NCBI GenBank assembly: GCA_013265495.1
Contig: MU058844.1
Location: 3,601,895-3,665,894 of the forward strand
DNA: 64,000 nucleotides
Direction: 5' to 3'
Source: Vicugna vicugna
Lineage: Eukaryota
The number at the start of each line of letters is the position of its first letter. Positions within the stretch are counted from its first letter, which is position 1. Shown here in pieces: positions 1 through 13,036 of the stretch. The position numbers were made by a program, and so were the translations under genes. Under the pieces are notes generated by a model. It worked only from the letters and a program-made list of their open reading frames with translations. It was not told the DNA's origin and made no database searches.

Positions 1-450
1 CCCAGCAGCCTTCCTGGTTGGGATGTTGGGTAGCCTTGTACTTCGAACAGTGTAGAGGGTTTCCTGAGTGGGGACTGGAGGTCCATATAAGGCGGAGATG
101 CAGAGGAGGCCATTATTCTCACTCTTTTGTTTGCTTTTAGAATATTTCAAAGCAGGATTTAATAAGTGGCTTTTCAGATTGCATTATCCTGTTTTCACTG
201 AATGAATGCTCACCAAATAGACACGTAGCCTGAAAATGCCCCTTGCAAAGAAATTGCAGATTAAAAAATACTAATCTTGTAAGCACAAGTGAGCAATGGT
301 AAGATTAGAGAGGTGGCTTGCTGCTTACTCCTCATATGAGACATACGACAATGGGAAAGCAATGATCAAAACTGATCTATCAAGAATGAAGGTACGTTTT
401 TTCATTTATCAATAAATGATTTAACATTTAAAATATGGATCCACATCCAC

Positions 451-1020
451 TATTTTTTTCAGCTTTATCAAGGTACAACTGACAAATAAAATTGTAAGAT
501 ATTTAAAACAGACAACATGAAAGTTTGATAAATGTATACATTGTAAAATGGTTCCCCACATCGAGTTAACTAACTCATCCATTGCCTCACATATTTACCC
601 TTTTTTTCTTTTTTGGTGAGAACATTTTAAGTTCTACTCTCTTAGCAAATTTGAATTATACAATACAGTATTATCAACTTCAGTCATCATGTGATGCATT
701 AGTTCCTCAGACCTTATTCATCTTATAACTGAAAGTTTGTATATTTTACCAACCTCTCCCCATTTCCACTACCCCCCAGCACCTGGCAACCACTTTTCTA
801 CTCTCTGTGTCTATGAGTTCAACTTTTTTTTCTTTCTTTTTTTTGATTCCACATAAAAGTGATTCTCTTTGGCTTATTTCATTTAGGTTCATCTGTGTTG
901 TTACAAATGACAGGATTTCAGGTTCATCTGTGTTGTCACAAATGACAGGATTTCAGATTCATCTTTGTTGTCACAAATGACACGATTTCCTTCTTTTTTA
1001 TGGCTGAATAGTATTCCATT
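451..1020 (-). mobile_element. L1 3' end/3'UTR fragment (L1MA-like), antisense
   Basis: T-rich start, then typical antisense L1 3'UTR text (cagctttatcaaggtacaactgacaaataaaattg; ggcaaccacttttctactctctg; tttttatggctgaatagtattccatt). Confidence 0.85.
885..989. repeat. Tandem repeat, 3 x 35 bp, inside the L1
   Basis: Units at 885, 920 and 955; consensus aggttcatctgtgttgtcacaaatgacaggatttc with 0-3 differences per unit. Confidence 0.95.
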
Positions 1021-1021
1021 A

Positions 1022-1311
1022 AGGTGTTTATCAGGTTGGTTTCTTTTGAGGTCTCTTCCTTTGCCTTGTAAATGGTTGTTTTCTTCCTCTTTGTTTATGT
1101 GATCTTTTCCTGCGGGCATATATGTCTTTATCCAAATTTCCTCTTCTTACAGGGACAACAGTCATATAAGATTAGGGTCCAACCTAATGACCTCACATTA
1201 ACTTAATCACCCATTTAAAGACCTTATTTCCAAATATGATTACATTATGAATTATGAGGGGTGGTACTTTAACACATGAATTTTTTGAGGACACAATTCA
1301 GCCCATAATAA
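1022..1311 (-). mobile_element. MaLR LTR fragment (MLT1B/C-like)
   Basis: gattagggtccaacctaatgacctc...ttaacttaatcac...gacacaattcagcccataa. Confidence 0.8.
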
Positions 1312-1529
1312 TAGCCATTAAGATCAAGTACTAAACTGAACTTATAAACAGGCTTTCAAGCCACAGATCATGGTTTTAAACCAATATTTTAGAATGAAGT
1401 ATCTTTTTCAAAGTTATATACCAATAATAAATACAAATTATTTAAAAATATTCTATATTCCAACTTGACCTCATCCTTTAGAAACTTTTGGGTTAGGTTT
1501 ATGTTCTATGATACAGTAGTTTTCTACCA

Positions 1530-1680
1530 CTAATTCAATAATTAAACAAAGGCTGTGAAGTACCTGTCATATGCAGGTCCTCTGTTCAAGGCACTTGAGA
1601 CATATCAGAGAGAAAACCAGACCCTTGGCTTTGTGGAGCTTACGCTCTAGTGGGCAAGAGATGACATTAAGTCAAGAGCA
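1530..1680 (-). mobile_element. L2 3' end fragment
   Basis: Decayed antisense L2 tail; gtggagcttacgctctagtggg. Confidence 0.6.
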
Positions 1681-1689
1681 TCATCATTA

Positions 1690-1995
1690 AGACTGAGGGA
1701 CTTATCTCCAGCTACTGGGAGTGCTGCCAGCTGTCAGCCGTCTTTGGGAATTGCCCTTGGCTGAAGAAAGCTGTCTCACCCAAGGTCATGGACTCTTCCC
1801 AATGCAGCCTGCATTTACAGAGGTAAAAATGCCCAGATGGCGAGACCAAAGGTCACTCCAGCTCGAGGGCTCCCTGCGGGGTTGGCTGAGGACTTTGTTC
1901 AGACTGAATCACAGCCCAACCTCTCCCTCTGCCCAGACTTGCTGCTTTCACTTCCCCCACGGTCTAGAGTCTAGTTTCCTGAGGAATCCAACGTG
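1690..1995. mobile_element. Ancient ERVL-class LTR (LTR33-like)
   Basis: ctactgggagtgctgccagctgtcagcc...ttgcccttggctgaag...cccaaggtcatg resembles recalled LTR33/LTR16-class consensus. Confidence 0.55.
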
Positions 1996-2069
1996 AAACA
2001 AATATCATGTTATATATATTCTACTCTACATAACATTATAATAGAATATACTTATAATATTCTAGTATA

Positions 2070-2225
2070 GTGTTATACTGTCTTACTGTTAGTCTTCCTC
2101 ATTAGAATGCAACTCATAAGAGGAAGTAATTTGTCTCTATTGTTCACTGCTCTTCCCACAGCTCCCAAAACGGTGCCTTGAAAGTATTTGTCCCCCAATA
2201 AATACTTGTTAAATCACTGAGTAAG
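2070..2225 (+). mobile_element. L2 3' end
   Basis: attagaatgcaactcataagagg...ttgttcactgctc...cccaataaatacttgttaaat. Confidence 0.75.
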
Positions 2226-3199
2226 TTTGCAAAGTCAGAATAAAAACAGTACTGAATTCACAAGTTAAAATTGTAACAATCCATGAGCAGTCTTTCTACA
2301 GTGCTGGGCATATAATATGCGCTTAACAAAAGTTGGTAATTATTATGTTATTATGGTATTATGTTCATTTCAAAGATAATTTTTCACACTCATTTTTTTT
2401 AAAGCCAGTAATTCAACTCTATTTGTTTATGTGTCACTTAATCAAAAATTTATTGCCAAGAACTGCATTAGGAACTGAGGCTACAAAGAGGGTAGGAAAC
2501 CCTCCCTGCCCTTAAAGAGAATTCAGTTCACTGGCATGATCACAGGTCACATTTCATTAGTTATTCCATATCTACCCACTTGTAAACTAGCTTCTTTTGT
2601 ATATTCTTTCCTTTGTCAAGTGGTCTAACATGTGAGCTTCCAAGTGACTTTTCTCTTCCAAGTTTTCCAAGTGACTTTTCTCTTTTTCAAGTATTTGGGC
2701 AGTACTTCTCAATTGAAATTCATTTACACACAAATCATTGGGCAACAGCTAGTTGGAAATTAGACAAAAAGATTGTCATATTTCAACCGACAAGGTCAAG
2801 TTTTCTTAATCTGCTGGCTGTTTATTATTATTATTTTTAATCAGGACATTTGGAAAGGGTTTCATTTGCTAACATTTTCAGTGAAAAATCTCTTTGGCCA
2901 AATGCTTCCAAGGATTCCATCAGAAATTTGCCATCTACTTATCCTTGAAGAATTAGTTTAGGTAGTCCATCCTCCAGGAAGTCTTCCCAGGTTAAATTAG
3001 CTACCTCTCCTCTCTGCCTCTATTATACCCAGTGGTAGGTTAAGCCATTATTGCACTGGGCACATTTTCATGGAATTCTGCTTTTGAGTCTGTCTTCTTC
3101 ACTGGCGGAGAAAGTCCTCTAGAATTGGAAACCTTGTCTTATTTATCATTGTGTGTCTCATGACCATTGCAATGCCTGGCAAGTAACAAGAACTGTAAT

Positions 3200-3415
3200 A
3201 ATAGGTAACGTTTGCTATGTAGGCAGGCAGTGTCATAACTTCTTTACAAATCCTTATAATGATCCTCTCAAGTAGGTACTATGATTAGCTCCATCTGACA
3301 AATGAGGAAACTGAGGCCCAGATAACCTGTCAAGATTACCCAGCTAGTAGTGATCCAGATAGAACCTGAACACAGACAATGTGGTCGTGGAGCCTGCAAG
3401 CTCAACCACTGTGCC
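3200..3415 (-). mobile_element. MIR SINE
   Basis: MIR core gacaaatgaggaaactgaggcccaga...caagattacccagctagta. Confidence 0.85.
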
Positions 3416-4469
3416 CCACTGGTAAATGCATTTTGAATTGAATTGTGCATATAAACTATTCGACACAAGGGAAGAACCAAGGCAATTTAACCACAATTTA
3501 AGCTTAATGCTTTCTTAGTTCAGACACTTTCATAAGTAGGTATCAGTTCTCAGAAGTAAAGCTTTTTCATATTTTCTAGTTTAAAAGTAGAAGAGTCCAT
3601 GGCTTACTGAAGTCCTTAGGTCTGTATCCCTACAGTCTTCTGAGAAGCGGTACTTATACGATCAGCTTTGGCTCTGCCCCATATCCTGGGACAAAATCTA
3701 TATTCAGGAATAATAATAGTGTAAACCAACATTTAGTAAGCATTCATGGTGTAACTTGGCCGGAGACACACAGCTTGTCAGTGGTGAGTCAGGAGTGTGA
3801 ATCCACACCGATCACTAGCTCTGAGCCACTTTCAACAGGACCTTGCTTTGTTTCCTTTATCCACAATTTGGAGCTCAGTAGTCAGCATAATGGACCATGT
3901 CCTTTTGTGTGGTGGCTGTCCTTCTTTCTCTGCCTGGTACTCCAATTCTTCTGGGACTGGGATCATGCCTCTTAGCCCCTGTGGTTGAGTATCTAATACT
4001 GTATTCTAGGACTCTGAGTAATTGCAAGTTGTCAGATCTCCTTCTCTCTCAGTATTCCTGTGACCTACGTATTCCTGATGCTTGGATATAAATGAGCAGA
4101 TTGTTTTAGGTCTGGGAGGGACCCCAAAAGTCACCGATTACAACTACTTGGCTGGTACTTGAAAAAGACATTTGCATCATTCCTGCCAAACAGTTATGTG
4201 AATGTTCTTGAAGATCTATTCCATCTTTTTTTATTCTACTAAAAAATTCTATGCTGACATGTAGTCTTGCCCCCATAACTTCCACTACTAGTTTTGGTTC
4301 TACTGATCACACAAAACCTAATCTATCTTTTTAGTAACAGACTTTACAATATTTCAACACAATGCTATGTTCTCATGAGTGTTCTTAATATCCATCCCCA
4401 AGTCATTTTTCTTATTAGATATTGTTTTGAGTTCCCTTGCTCTGACCATACAGGAAGGGGAAGAGAAAA

Positions 4470-4665
4470 TCGTTTGGAGTCAGACACACCCAGCTTTGAG
4501 TCCTGCCTCCACCACTTAACTGGCTTTGTACATTTCAGTTTCGGTTTCCTCATTTGTAAAATGTTAATAATGACACATAGTTTAAAGAGGAATTGTGAAA
4601 TTAAAAAGGTGAAATACAACACTTGACACAGAGCAGACACTCGAATAAATGGTAAGTGCTGTTGT
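4470..4665 (+). mobile_element. MIR SINE
   Basis: ttggagtcagac...ggtttcctcatttgtaaaatg...cactcgaataaatggta. Confidence 0.85.
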
Positions 4666-4809
4666 TTTTATCACCATGTTTTTTTAGTGGGGATTGAAGA
4701 GCCAAAACTGATGCTCAGATGTGATCTGATCATCAGCAAGCAGACTAGACTGTCATCCTTAGACCGTGATGCTAAGGATTATACTAAGACAAAAAACAGT
4801 GGTCTTCAC

Positions 4810-4995
4810 TTAATGTTTTCTGTTGATATTTATTATCTCTTGAGGTCCTCTCAACTATCCTGTCAGGGAGCGATTATGCCCATCTTATAGACGAAGGCAC
4901 AAGTGCAGAGAGAGAGGGCCTGCCCAAGGTCACACAACTAAGAAATGACAGGGCTGAAGCAGCCCGTTTGTCTGACACCAAGACCTCGCTGCCTC
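4810..4995 (-). mobile_element. MIR SINE
   Basis: cccatcttatagacgaagg...tgcccaaggtcacacaacta. Confidence 0.75.
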
Positions 4996-5162
4996 CAACA
5001 TCAGACCTTCACTAATTTATTCTGTGCTGGCAGTCAATACACAGCGGACTCACATAGCGCTTACTGCTAATGGAGGCCTCTCTCCTGTCACTGCACATTC
5101 TTAAGCAAGATATTGTCCACTTTATATTCAATAGGTTTATTTGTTTGTTGCCCAAATGCAGG

Positions 5163-5555
5163 TATATTAATTTGCAATGGCTAATATAACAAAATACTAC
5201 AGACTGGGTGGGTGAGACCATAAAAATTTATTTTCTTACAGTTCTGGAGGCTGGAAATCCAAGATCTACGTGTCTGCAGGTTTGTTTTCTTCTGTGGACT
5301 CTCTCCTTGGCTTGCAGATGGCCTGGCCACCTTCTTGCTGTGTCCTCACATGGTCACCCCTCAGCCTGTGGATTGTCAGTGTCCTAATCTCCTCTTCTTA
5401 TAGAGACACCAGTCAGATTGGATTACAGCTCACATTAATGGTCTCATTTTAATCACTCCTTTAAGGGCTTTATCTCCAAGTAAAGTCATTCTGAGGTGCT
5501 GGGGGTGAGGGCTTCAACATATGAATTTGGTGGGGATGCAATTCAGCTCATAACA
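5163..5555 (-). mobile_element. Solo MaLR LTR (MLT1A/B-like) with 5-bp TSD
   Basis: ttcttacagttctggaggctggaaatccaagat...gggcttcaacatatgaatttgg; GCAGG at both 5158-5162 and 5556-5560. Confidence 0.9.
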
Positions 5556-7164
5556 GCAGGGTCTCACACTTATCTCACCAAAAGCCTCCATTTGTTAGAC
5601 TTGGCTTATTGTTCATTGAAAACTTTTGGAACACCAGTTTTGTTCACCAGCATTCATACCACTTCTAAACTTGCACCATCTATAAATTCAGTGTGTGTTC
5701 TGCCTGTGTATCTTCCCATTAATTAACAAAAAACTGAAGACAACAGAAGTCATTACAGAAATGGAGGGATGGAGCTCGATGATGCCATCCAACTAGCCAC
5801 CCTCCTGCTGCCTGTTCCACCCTGTAGGTTGCTTGGTCTTCATTTGCTGCTGTCTATGGTTTGGTCATCTGATCATTCTCTACACAGTGGTTTTAATTTA
5901 ACAGATGAAGTACAGGTACTGTGTTCAGGCCTATTCTAATGAGAGCATCACTTAATTCAGTGGTTTCCATAACAGAAAACACATCAGACAAGGAGTCAAA
6001 CGACCTGAGTTCTAGTCCTGGTTTTATAATGATCTGTGTCACGTCAGTATACTATCTGGATTCTCAAGTTTCTCACCTGGAAAAATGGGATAATGCTTTC
6101 CCTCCTTCAGGCTTTACAGAATTGGTATCTGATTCCTGTAAACACCTACATGGAGCCTCTATAAAGGCAAAATGTTAGCCATCCATGGCAGAGTGTCAGC
6201 AGGCATTTTAAGATTCACATCTGTCAGCCTATTCTCAGGCCAAGTGGTCCCAGCCCCAGCCAGAAGATGTTTAAATCACCCACCTCCTTGAGGCTGACCA
6301 CTCTTTCATCTTTTCTTTGTTTCAGGACTCTTTGGAGGAGCATACAGTACAATATTTTTGAAAAACTAAAATGAAATCAAAGAGTTGCTTAAAAAACTCA
6401 GAGCTGACCTAGAATTACGTATCATTGACCTAGGAAATGTGGGTTAACTTTAAAATCTTGAACCCAATGGAACTAGGAAGGTAAGTCCATTTTAGGGTCA
6501 TCCTGTGATGCTTTTCTAAGTCAAATAGGAGAAACATTTTAGAATATACCTCTCTATTAGTGGATAATCAATATATGGAATAGATGCATCCTTAAAGCTT
6601 CCTGAAAAACACATTTCTGTGTATTTAATCATATTTTACTATTTATTTCTAATATAATATAAGATGTGATATATATTCTTGTGGAAACTATACATTACAC
6701 TATCAGATTGAAAAAAAGCTGCCTGGGTCATTTATCCATTCAGGGCAGGATCTAGGCTTCTAAATTGTGTGACAGGGGGACACCAAGAAGCCTTAAAGGA
6801 GGTTTAGGTAGAGGAAGGAGGTGAAGAGGGGACTTGCATTTACTGAACATGTACATGTCAGATTTATGTGCTATTTAAACTCTCATTTAATCCTGACAAC
6901 AATTCTGAGGTAACATAAATATAGCAGCTGGGAGGAGAATATATATAACAGTTGGAAATGTCAGCGTACTCCAAATCAGCTTCTTAAATTGTGAACCACT
7001 TCTGTTGATCCTATTTGTGGAATATAACATTGAAAAAATTTTAAATTAAGATTAAAAAGTAAAAAGAAAAATCCTGCTTGCAAGAGGAGGACCAATGTCA
7101 CACTGGGTAACATAGCAGGTTAACCATCTGGTAACTGGTGCTGCTTTCCATGAGGCTGTCAATG

Positions 7165-7300
7165 TCATCCCAGTTTTTCAGATAAGGAAACTGAAGTCCA
7201 GAAAATTCAATACTTGTTCCATGTCACATGACTGGTATGTACTGGAGTGAGGATCCAAAGCCACATTTGCCTTCTGAGTGTCTGCTTTTGCACTATGCCC
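7165..7300 (-). mobile_element. MIR SINE
   Basis: cccagtttttcagataaggaaactgaagtccaga. Confidence 0.75.
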
Positions 7301-7564
7301 TGAGCACACTGGACTTGCAGGCTGAAATTCTCCCCTTGGCTGTTGAGTACTAACGTATGACCTTGTCGGTCATTTAGCCTCCCCAGATACCAAGCTCCTT
7401 CACCACGGTTAGGGGTAATCTCAGCGTGGATCAGGTACGTAATCTTTTCCAGTCTTTGAAAAATTATGAAGTGCTATACCAACCCAAAGTAGTATTTTTC
7501 AAAAAACTCTGAAACCAGATTATATATCAAATTCCTTTCCTGATGTAGCATATTTAGAATCCAA

Positions 7565-7760
7565 CAGAGCTGTCCAATGGAACATTTTGCGACTATGGTG
7601 TTCCATATCTGTGCTGTCCAGTGCAGTAGCCCCTTGTCACATGTGGCCATCAAGCAGTTGATATGTAGCTACTGTGACTAAAAAACTGAAGTTTAAGTTC
7701 TATTGACTTTTAACTAATGTAAGTTTAAACTAAATTGCTACACATTGCTGGGGGTTGTTC
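7565..7760. mobile_element. hAT-Charlie non-autonomous element (MER3-like)
   Basis: cagagctgtccaatggaacattttgcga...ctgtgctgtccagtgcagtagcc...cacatgtggcc. Confidence 0.8.
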
Positions 7761-8412
7761 TAAAGCATAGTGTGTAATGTTGGGTGATTTCACATACAAA
7801 TATGGATTCTGAATGGCTAGTTCATTCTTATGTATTCCAGGCATGATCACCAGTCCTTGATGATGGAGCTGGTAAACTGAAATGGGTTTTTATATGTCCC
7901 TTAGTTCTCATATCTCTGAGTCAAGTGTATTAGGTCTCTTATTTTAGGTTTATGAAAACTCAGGGTATTTTAAATTCTCCAGACTCCAGGTGGACATAAT
8001 CAATCAATGAATATTTGTTACATGAATATACATGGTGTAATGAGTACATCTCAGTTTCCCTTTCCCTGACTGGGCCTTTCTTATCTGTCTGCGGTGGAGG
8101 GAATCATACACCACAGGCTTACACTGAGGTTCAAAGGCATCTAGTGTGTGAATGCCTCTGGCACAGCACACAGTAAGACCTAAATAAATGCCAGGCTCTC
8201 TTCCCTCACCCTTGGGATAAAGTGCTGCTTGTAAAGGGAGGAGCACAGTATCCATGTAAGTGGCCTGTGTGGCTACATGTTCATACAGCTGGGTTTCCTC
8301 ACCAGTGCCATTCAGTTCTTTGGTTCACAGTTTGTAAGTTAAGCTCACTCATTGGGATAATCTTTGTCCAATTCAGTTTGCATTTGTTTTTGTGATTTTT
8401 AAAAATATAAAA

Positions 8413-9030
8413 CCATATATCCAGAGAAAACTCTAATTCGAAAAGATACATGCATCCCAATGTTCATAGCAGTACTTTTTGCAATAGCCAAGACATATAA
8501 GCAACCTACATGTCCGTCAACAGATGACTGTAAAAAGAAGACATGGCGCGTGTGTGTGTATATATATATGATGGAATGTTATTCAGCCATAAAAAAGCAT
8601 GAAATATTGCCATTTGCAGCAACATGGATGGACCTAAAGGTTATTACACTAAGTAAGCCAGGCAGAGAAAGACAAGTATTATATATCACTTATATGTAGA
8701 CACTTAAAAAATGAGACAAATGAACTTTTTTACAGAACAGAAATAGTCTCACAGACAAAGAAAACAAATTTATGGTTGCCAGTGGGGAAAGGGCAGGGGG
8801 AGGAATAAACTAGGAGTATGGGATTAACAGATACAAACTACCATATATAAAATAAACAACTAGGACATACTGGAGAACACAGGGAACTCTATTCAATATC
8901 TTGCAGTAAACTATAATGGAAAAAAATCTGAAAAAGAATATACATATGTAAAACTAAATCACTTTGCTGTATACCTGAAACTAATACAACACTGTAAATG
9001 AACCACACTTCAATAAAAAATGGTTTAAAA
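8413..9030 (+). mobile_element. 5'-truncated L1 (end of ORF2, 3'UTR, A-rich tail) with TSD
   Basis: ORF 8460-8699 (MFIAVLFAIAKTYKQPTCPS...ILPFAATWMDL) is the L1 ORF2 C-terminus; cttcaataaaaaa tail; atataaaacca at 8405-8415 and 9034-9044. Confidence 0.95.
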
Positions 9031-10119
9031 AATATATAAAACCAGAGAGTATTCTCTTCACTCCACAATGCTATCTTCTTCCACCCGAAAATGACTCATT
9101 GTAAAATACATTTAATTGAGAGAATTTTAATTTCTATAAATATAAAAAAACCCAACTTCTCTGAAGTAACCATATGATTTTTTTTTTTGATTCATACACG
9201 TTAGAGTTCACTGGAAGAGGAGGATACTCTTTTCTCCTATCCCTCGGTGTGTGTGGGAAGTTGTGAATCAGCACGACTATAAATCTCCAGAAAAACTTAT
9301 AAGACAGTGACTACAGACATTCTTAGCTTTGTGACTCAGGGGACATTTTTCTTCAGCGCTATAGTCTTAATCACCTACTTTCTGGAAATGAAAAAAAGAG
9401 AGAGAAAAAACTGTACTAACAGAAGTTCTAACAAACTTAAAAAGGACTCCTCTGACCTGTATCCAAACAGCCTGTTCTTATCAATTTGTGGAAGTTCCTG
9501 TTGCGTTGACATAGTACGTACTGCTTTGATTGTATCTGGCTGAGTAAAGAGCTGTACATTTGCCTTATTCTAACTGATGAGATCTGGGGGAAGAGAACAG
9601 TGTTTCCTGGTTGCTCCAAAGCCCTGAGAGATGATTTTGTCTTTATCATATTTCTCCGCTTGTCTTCTTTAACTCAAGATTGACCTTAAATCCAGGTCCT
9701 TTTTTTTCCTTAGAAAGATCCCCAAATCATTTTCAAAGTGAGAGCATAAACAATGTTTCAAAAGGTGACCATTATGAGGTCAACTTTAAAACATTCCAAA
9801 AGGAAATTTAAAATATTTTCCTCATATTCCTTCCACCCTGACAAAATGAATTTTATTTCAGTTCAAGCATTATTAATGCAATTGGTCCTAGTAAAAAATG
9901 TGTCACTCTGTTTTAAGCTAGTTTTTTTTTAGTGAAGAGAAAAATAGACATTACAGCAATAAGCCACTAAAGTATTTTTCAGATAGAAGAGAGTCATCAG
10001 GAATAGACTATAACTAGATTAGAATACAATTAGGGATCTAAAGGTCGTCATCATGCAAGATTATTTTAACACAAGAACCTGTTAGAGGTATTAAAGAATT
10101 ATTGTGAGCTATAAATGTA

Positions 10120-10250
10120 ACAACAAAGTCACTAGAATAGGTATCAGGAGAAATGAGTTCTCACTTGAATTCTGCTGGTTACCAGTTGTATGATCTTGAG
10201 CAAATAATTTAGACTTCTTGATGTCTTTCCTCATCTGTGAAATAATACAT
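10120..10250 (+). mobile_element. MIR SINE fragment
   Basis: gttgtatgatcttgagcaaataattt...tttcctcatctgtgaaat. Confidence 0.7.
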
Positions 10251-13036
10251 TAGAGCTCCAGAATCTTATGACTCAAAGGATTCTATCTTGTATAAGTTTG
10301 TAGAAATAGATATGCAGGCCTTTGTATATAGAAATAAAAGTGTGAGGAGCCTTTCATCAGTAGGTCGTACTCTTGGGATTAAGCTGTAATATCAGTAATG
10401 GATTTGATTCAATCTGTCTACGTGTTCTCCTATGTAGTTCTTCTTTCGATCAAGGGCAGGAATCTCTCTTTCCCGCTTGTGATGAGGTGTCCTGTCTATG
10501 AGCGTGTTAACTTTGGTCTCCCTGACATTTGACTTGTACCAATTAAATGAATGATGTAGCAAGTGCAGTTGCCACAGAGTTTATACCCAATAATGGCCCC
10601 AAAGGATTACACATGGCTGCTCCTTGACCCAGTAAAAGGCAGTTATAAAAATCCACCAAGCAATTGGAAGCTGTCAAAAGTCATTTCTCAATGAGTCATT
10701 TGTCACTGTTAACAAGAATGAATTAGGAACAAGTGGAAAATATTTGTTATTTTTAAGGCAACTAAATTTCAACAGATGAGCACAAAGTTGTCATTCCACA
10801 CTGATGAATAACAGTTGGATTATTTTGAAAGCAACAATCCTTGCTTCCTTCAGGAGCACTTATGAATGCCTATCACTCAAACAGCTTTCTGGTTACCAGT
10901 TTCCCAAAGCATATGTGGAAAACCACCCTCTGCTATTGATGTGCAGCTGGAAAATGTGATGTAAGAGTAGAGCCAGGTACAGTTAGACTGGAGAAGTCTA
11001 GCCTGGATTTTGTTCTTTTCACAAATCCTTTTCTTCATCTGTAAAGTGAAGCTCTTTTTAGATAATCCCTCAAGATCACGTCCGCTCTAAATATCTGTGA
11101 CTTCTGAACTTAATGGCCTTAAGTAAGTGGTAAAATCTCAGAATCTTCCTGTTGATCTTGAAATTAGAGGAAAAATCATTTGTTTGTGACAAATTGCAAT
11201 CAACAAATTATCTCTCTAAACTATGTAGTTATGGTATACTTGTTCTAGGCTTTGTGACTTATGAATGATAAACTCCTGATCTCTGCATATTAAATCATTA
11301 TTAATTAGCAATTTAAGTAGTTTTATTCGATAATAGCTCACAGTTTGAAATCCTTATCTAGAGAAGGGTTACTGATCTGTTTTCTATTGGAAATGAACCT
11401 TGGATGTAAGCTTTCTGTAATTGTGAGATATAGAGTCTATAGGCATGTAAGTATTCTAAAGAAAATCCAGAAAAAAAGCCCTCACAAAAACCTCAACTCT
11501 TTCCGTATGAATAAGGATATCCTTCTCAGCTTAATAGTCTAGAAATCTTGTTTTATTTTCTTTAAAAGGTGTTGGATTGAAGATTCTGAGGAAGCCACTG
11601 GCTATAAGCCCTAGTGCTGTAAGTTATTTATAACATACAATTTCCTGGTGAATAACTCCATTATACTTAAAAAGGCAGTTTATCTGCCAGGTTTATGTGT
11701 TTGCACAATTATGAAAGGGTTTTCAGATTTAGATAGAGTCCGACACTTGAAATTATTGCAGACAGCCTTGTCATAGCTACAGCTGTACATAAGCCAAGAT
11801 CTCTTGGAGATGGTGAAACCACCAAATACTACCATGTTGGCTGAGCAAATACTTTGTGCTTTCTCCCAGGTGACTGATAATTCCGAAAGACTGAGACTGC
11901 TCTATCAACTGAAAGATAGCTGTGGTGAGGGAGTTATCCAGTTAATAAACAGGGGATTCAGATACGGGCCCTGAATGAAAGGTTAAGAGGCAGGGTTTAA
12001 ATAGCAACTTTGTTTAGTTATCACTCACAGATCTGTTCAAGAAAACCACCTTGTGCAATACTTGAGATCACAGTTTACACTGAGTAAGGGCTATACACTG
12101 AAGGACAAGACCTTTTCGTGATTAGCATTTCTTCTTACTTTGAATAATTGGATTGGTGTACATGGACAATCACAAACCATAAATCATCATTGGTAAATGC
12201 AACTGTGATTTTCGTAAGTACTTCATTGGTTCTTCCTCCCAGAAACTTAAACCTTCCTCAGTCAATAGTTTCATATGCTATCACAGTTTCTATGTGGGAA
12301 TGACTACAAGCAGCTTGAAATATTTGGGGGCTTTTTCAAACATCTAACTGAAATCTGTATTCCTTTAGTAAAAATCCCCGTTTTCTCTTTTAAGAGTTTA
12401 AAGATCTATAGCATTTCTTTGTTTTTTTCTCTTTGATGAGGAAGCCTCTTTTGAGGGGTTATAACTTTTGAGATGTTATCTGTGTCTCTAAATATTCAAG
12501 CAGATGCTTCTCATTTAGATATTTTTTTCCCACCTGGGAATTGGCTGCTCTGGCTCCTGGATTGGAAATGGCAGTCTGTACACATCTTCTTAATCTTCTA
12601 ACACAGAGCATCATGGATACACATGGTATTACTTAAACCAACACCCAACCTCTGTAACTGCACACCTGAGGACAATCTGCTCATTTCTTTTGCCATGACA
12701 CCTACCTGTGTATATCTAAATCAGAAGCCAGAGATCATAACAGCCCTAGTTTTATACAGCGAAATTCTAGCTAAAAAACCAAAACAAAACAAAAAAACCC
12801 TCAAACCTACTTTGATTTATAAAAATGCTCCCTATTCCAGAATTTCAAGAATATAAACTTTGCAAAAAAAAAAAGCCAGCTATAAGTAACAGTTTTGGAT
12901 ATTAAACTGTCTATTCCAGAATCGCTCAGAGTTTAATAGCCCAGTGCTTTCTGGGCACCTGTTCTTTCTGTGTATCTGGAGAAGGCAGGTGGTATCTTAG
13001 AATTACAGATGGTGAATCAGATAAAAATATGGCCAA

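Noticed and set aside
885..989. CRISPR-like array
   Set aside because: Head-to-tail repeats with no spacers, L1-derived, in eukaryotic DNA with no cas genes
2638..2684. 20-bp direct repeat ttccaagtgacttttctctt (period 27); also a 14-bp duplication at 27196-27223
   Set aside because: Ordinary local slippage duplications with no further structure
9198..9381. Minus-strand candidate exon with a strong polypyrimidine acceptor
   Set aside because: Stops in all frames, weak donor (GT|gtatga), no supporting partner exon
10392..10580. Minus-strand stop-free frame (...TKVNTLIDRTPHHKREREIPALDRKKNYIGEHVDRLNQIHY*) with slight CpG excess
   Set aside because: No ATG, weak acceptor, unrecognised peptide; length is within chance expectation
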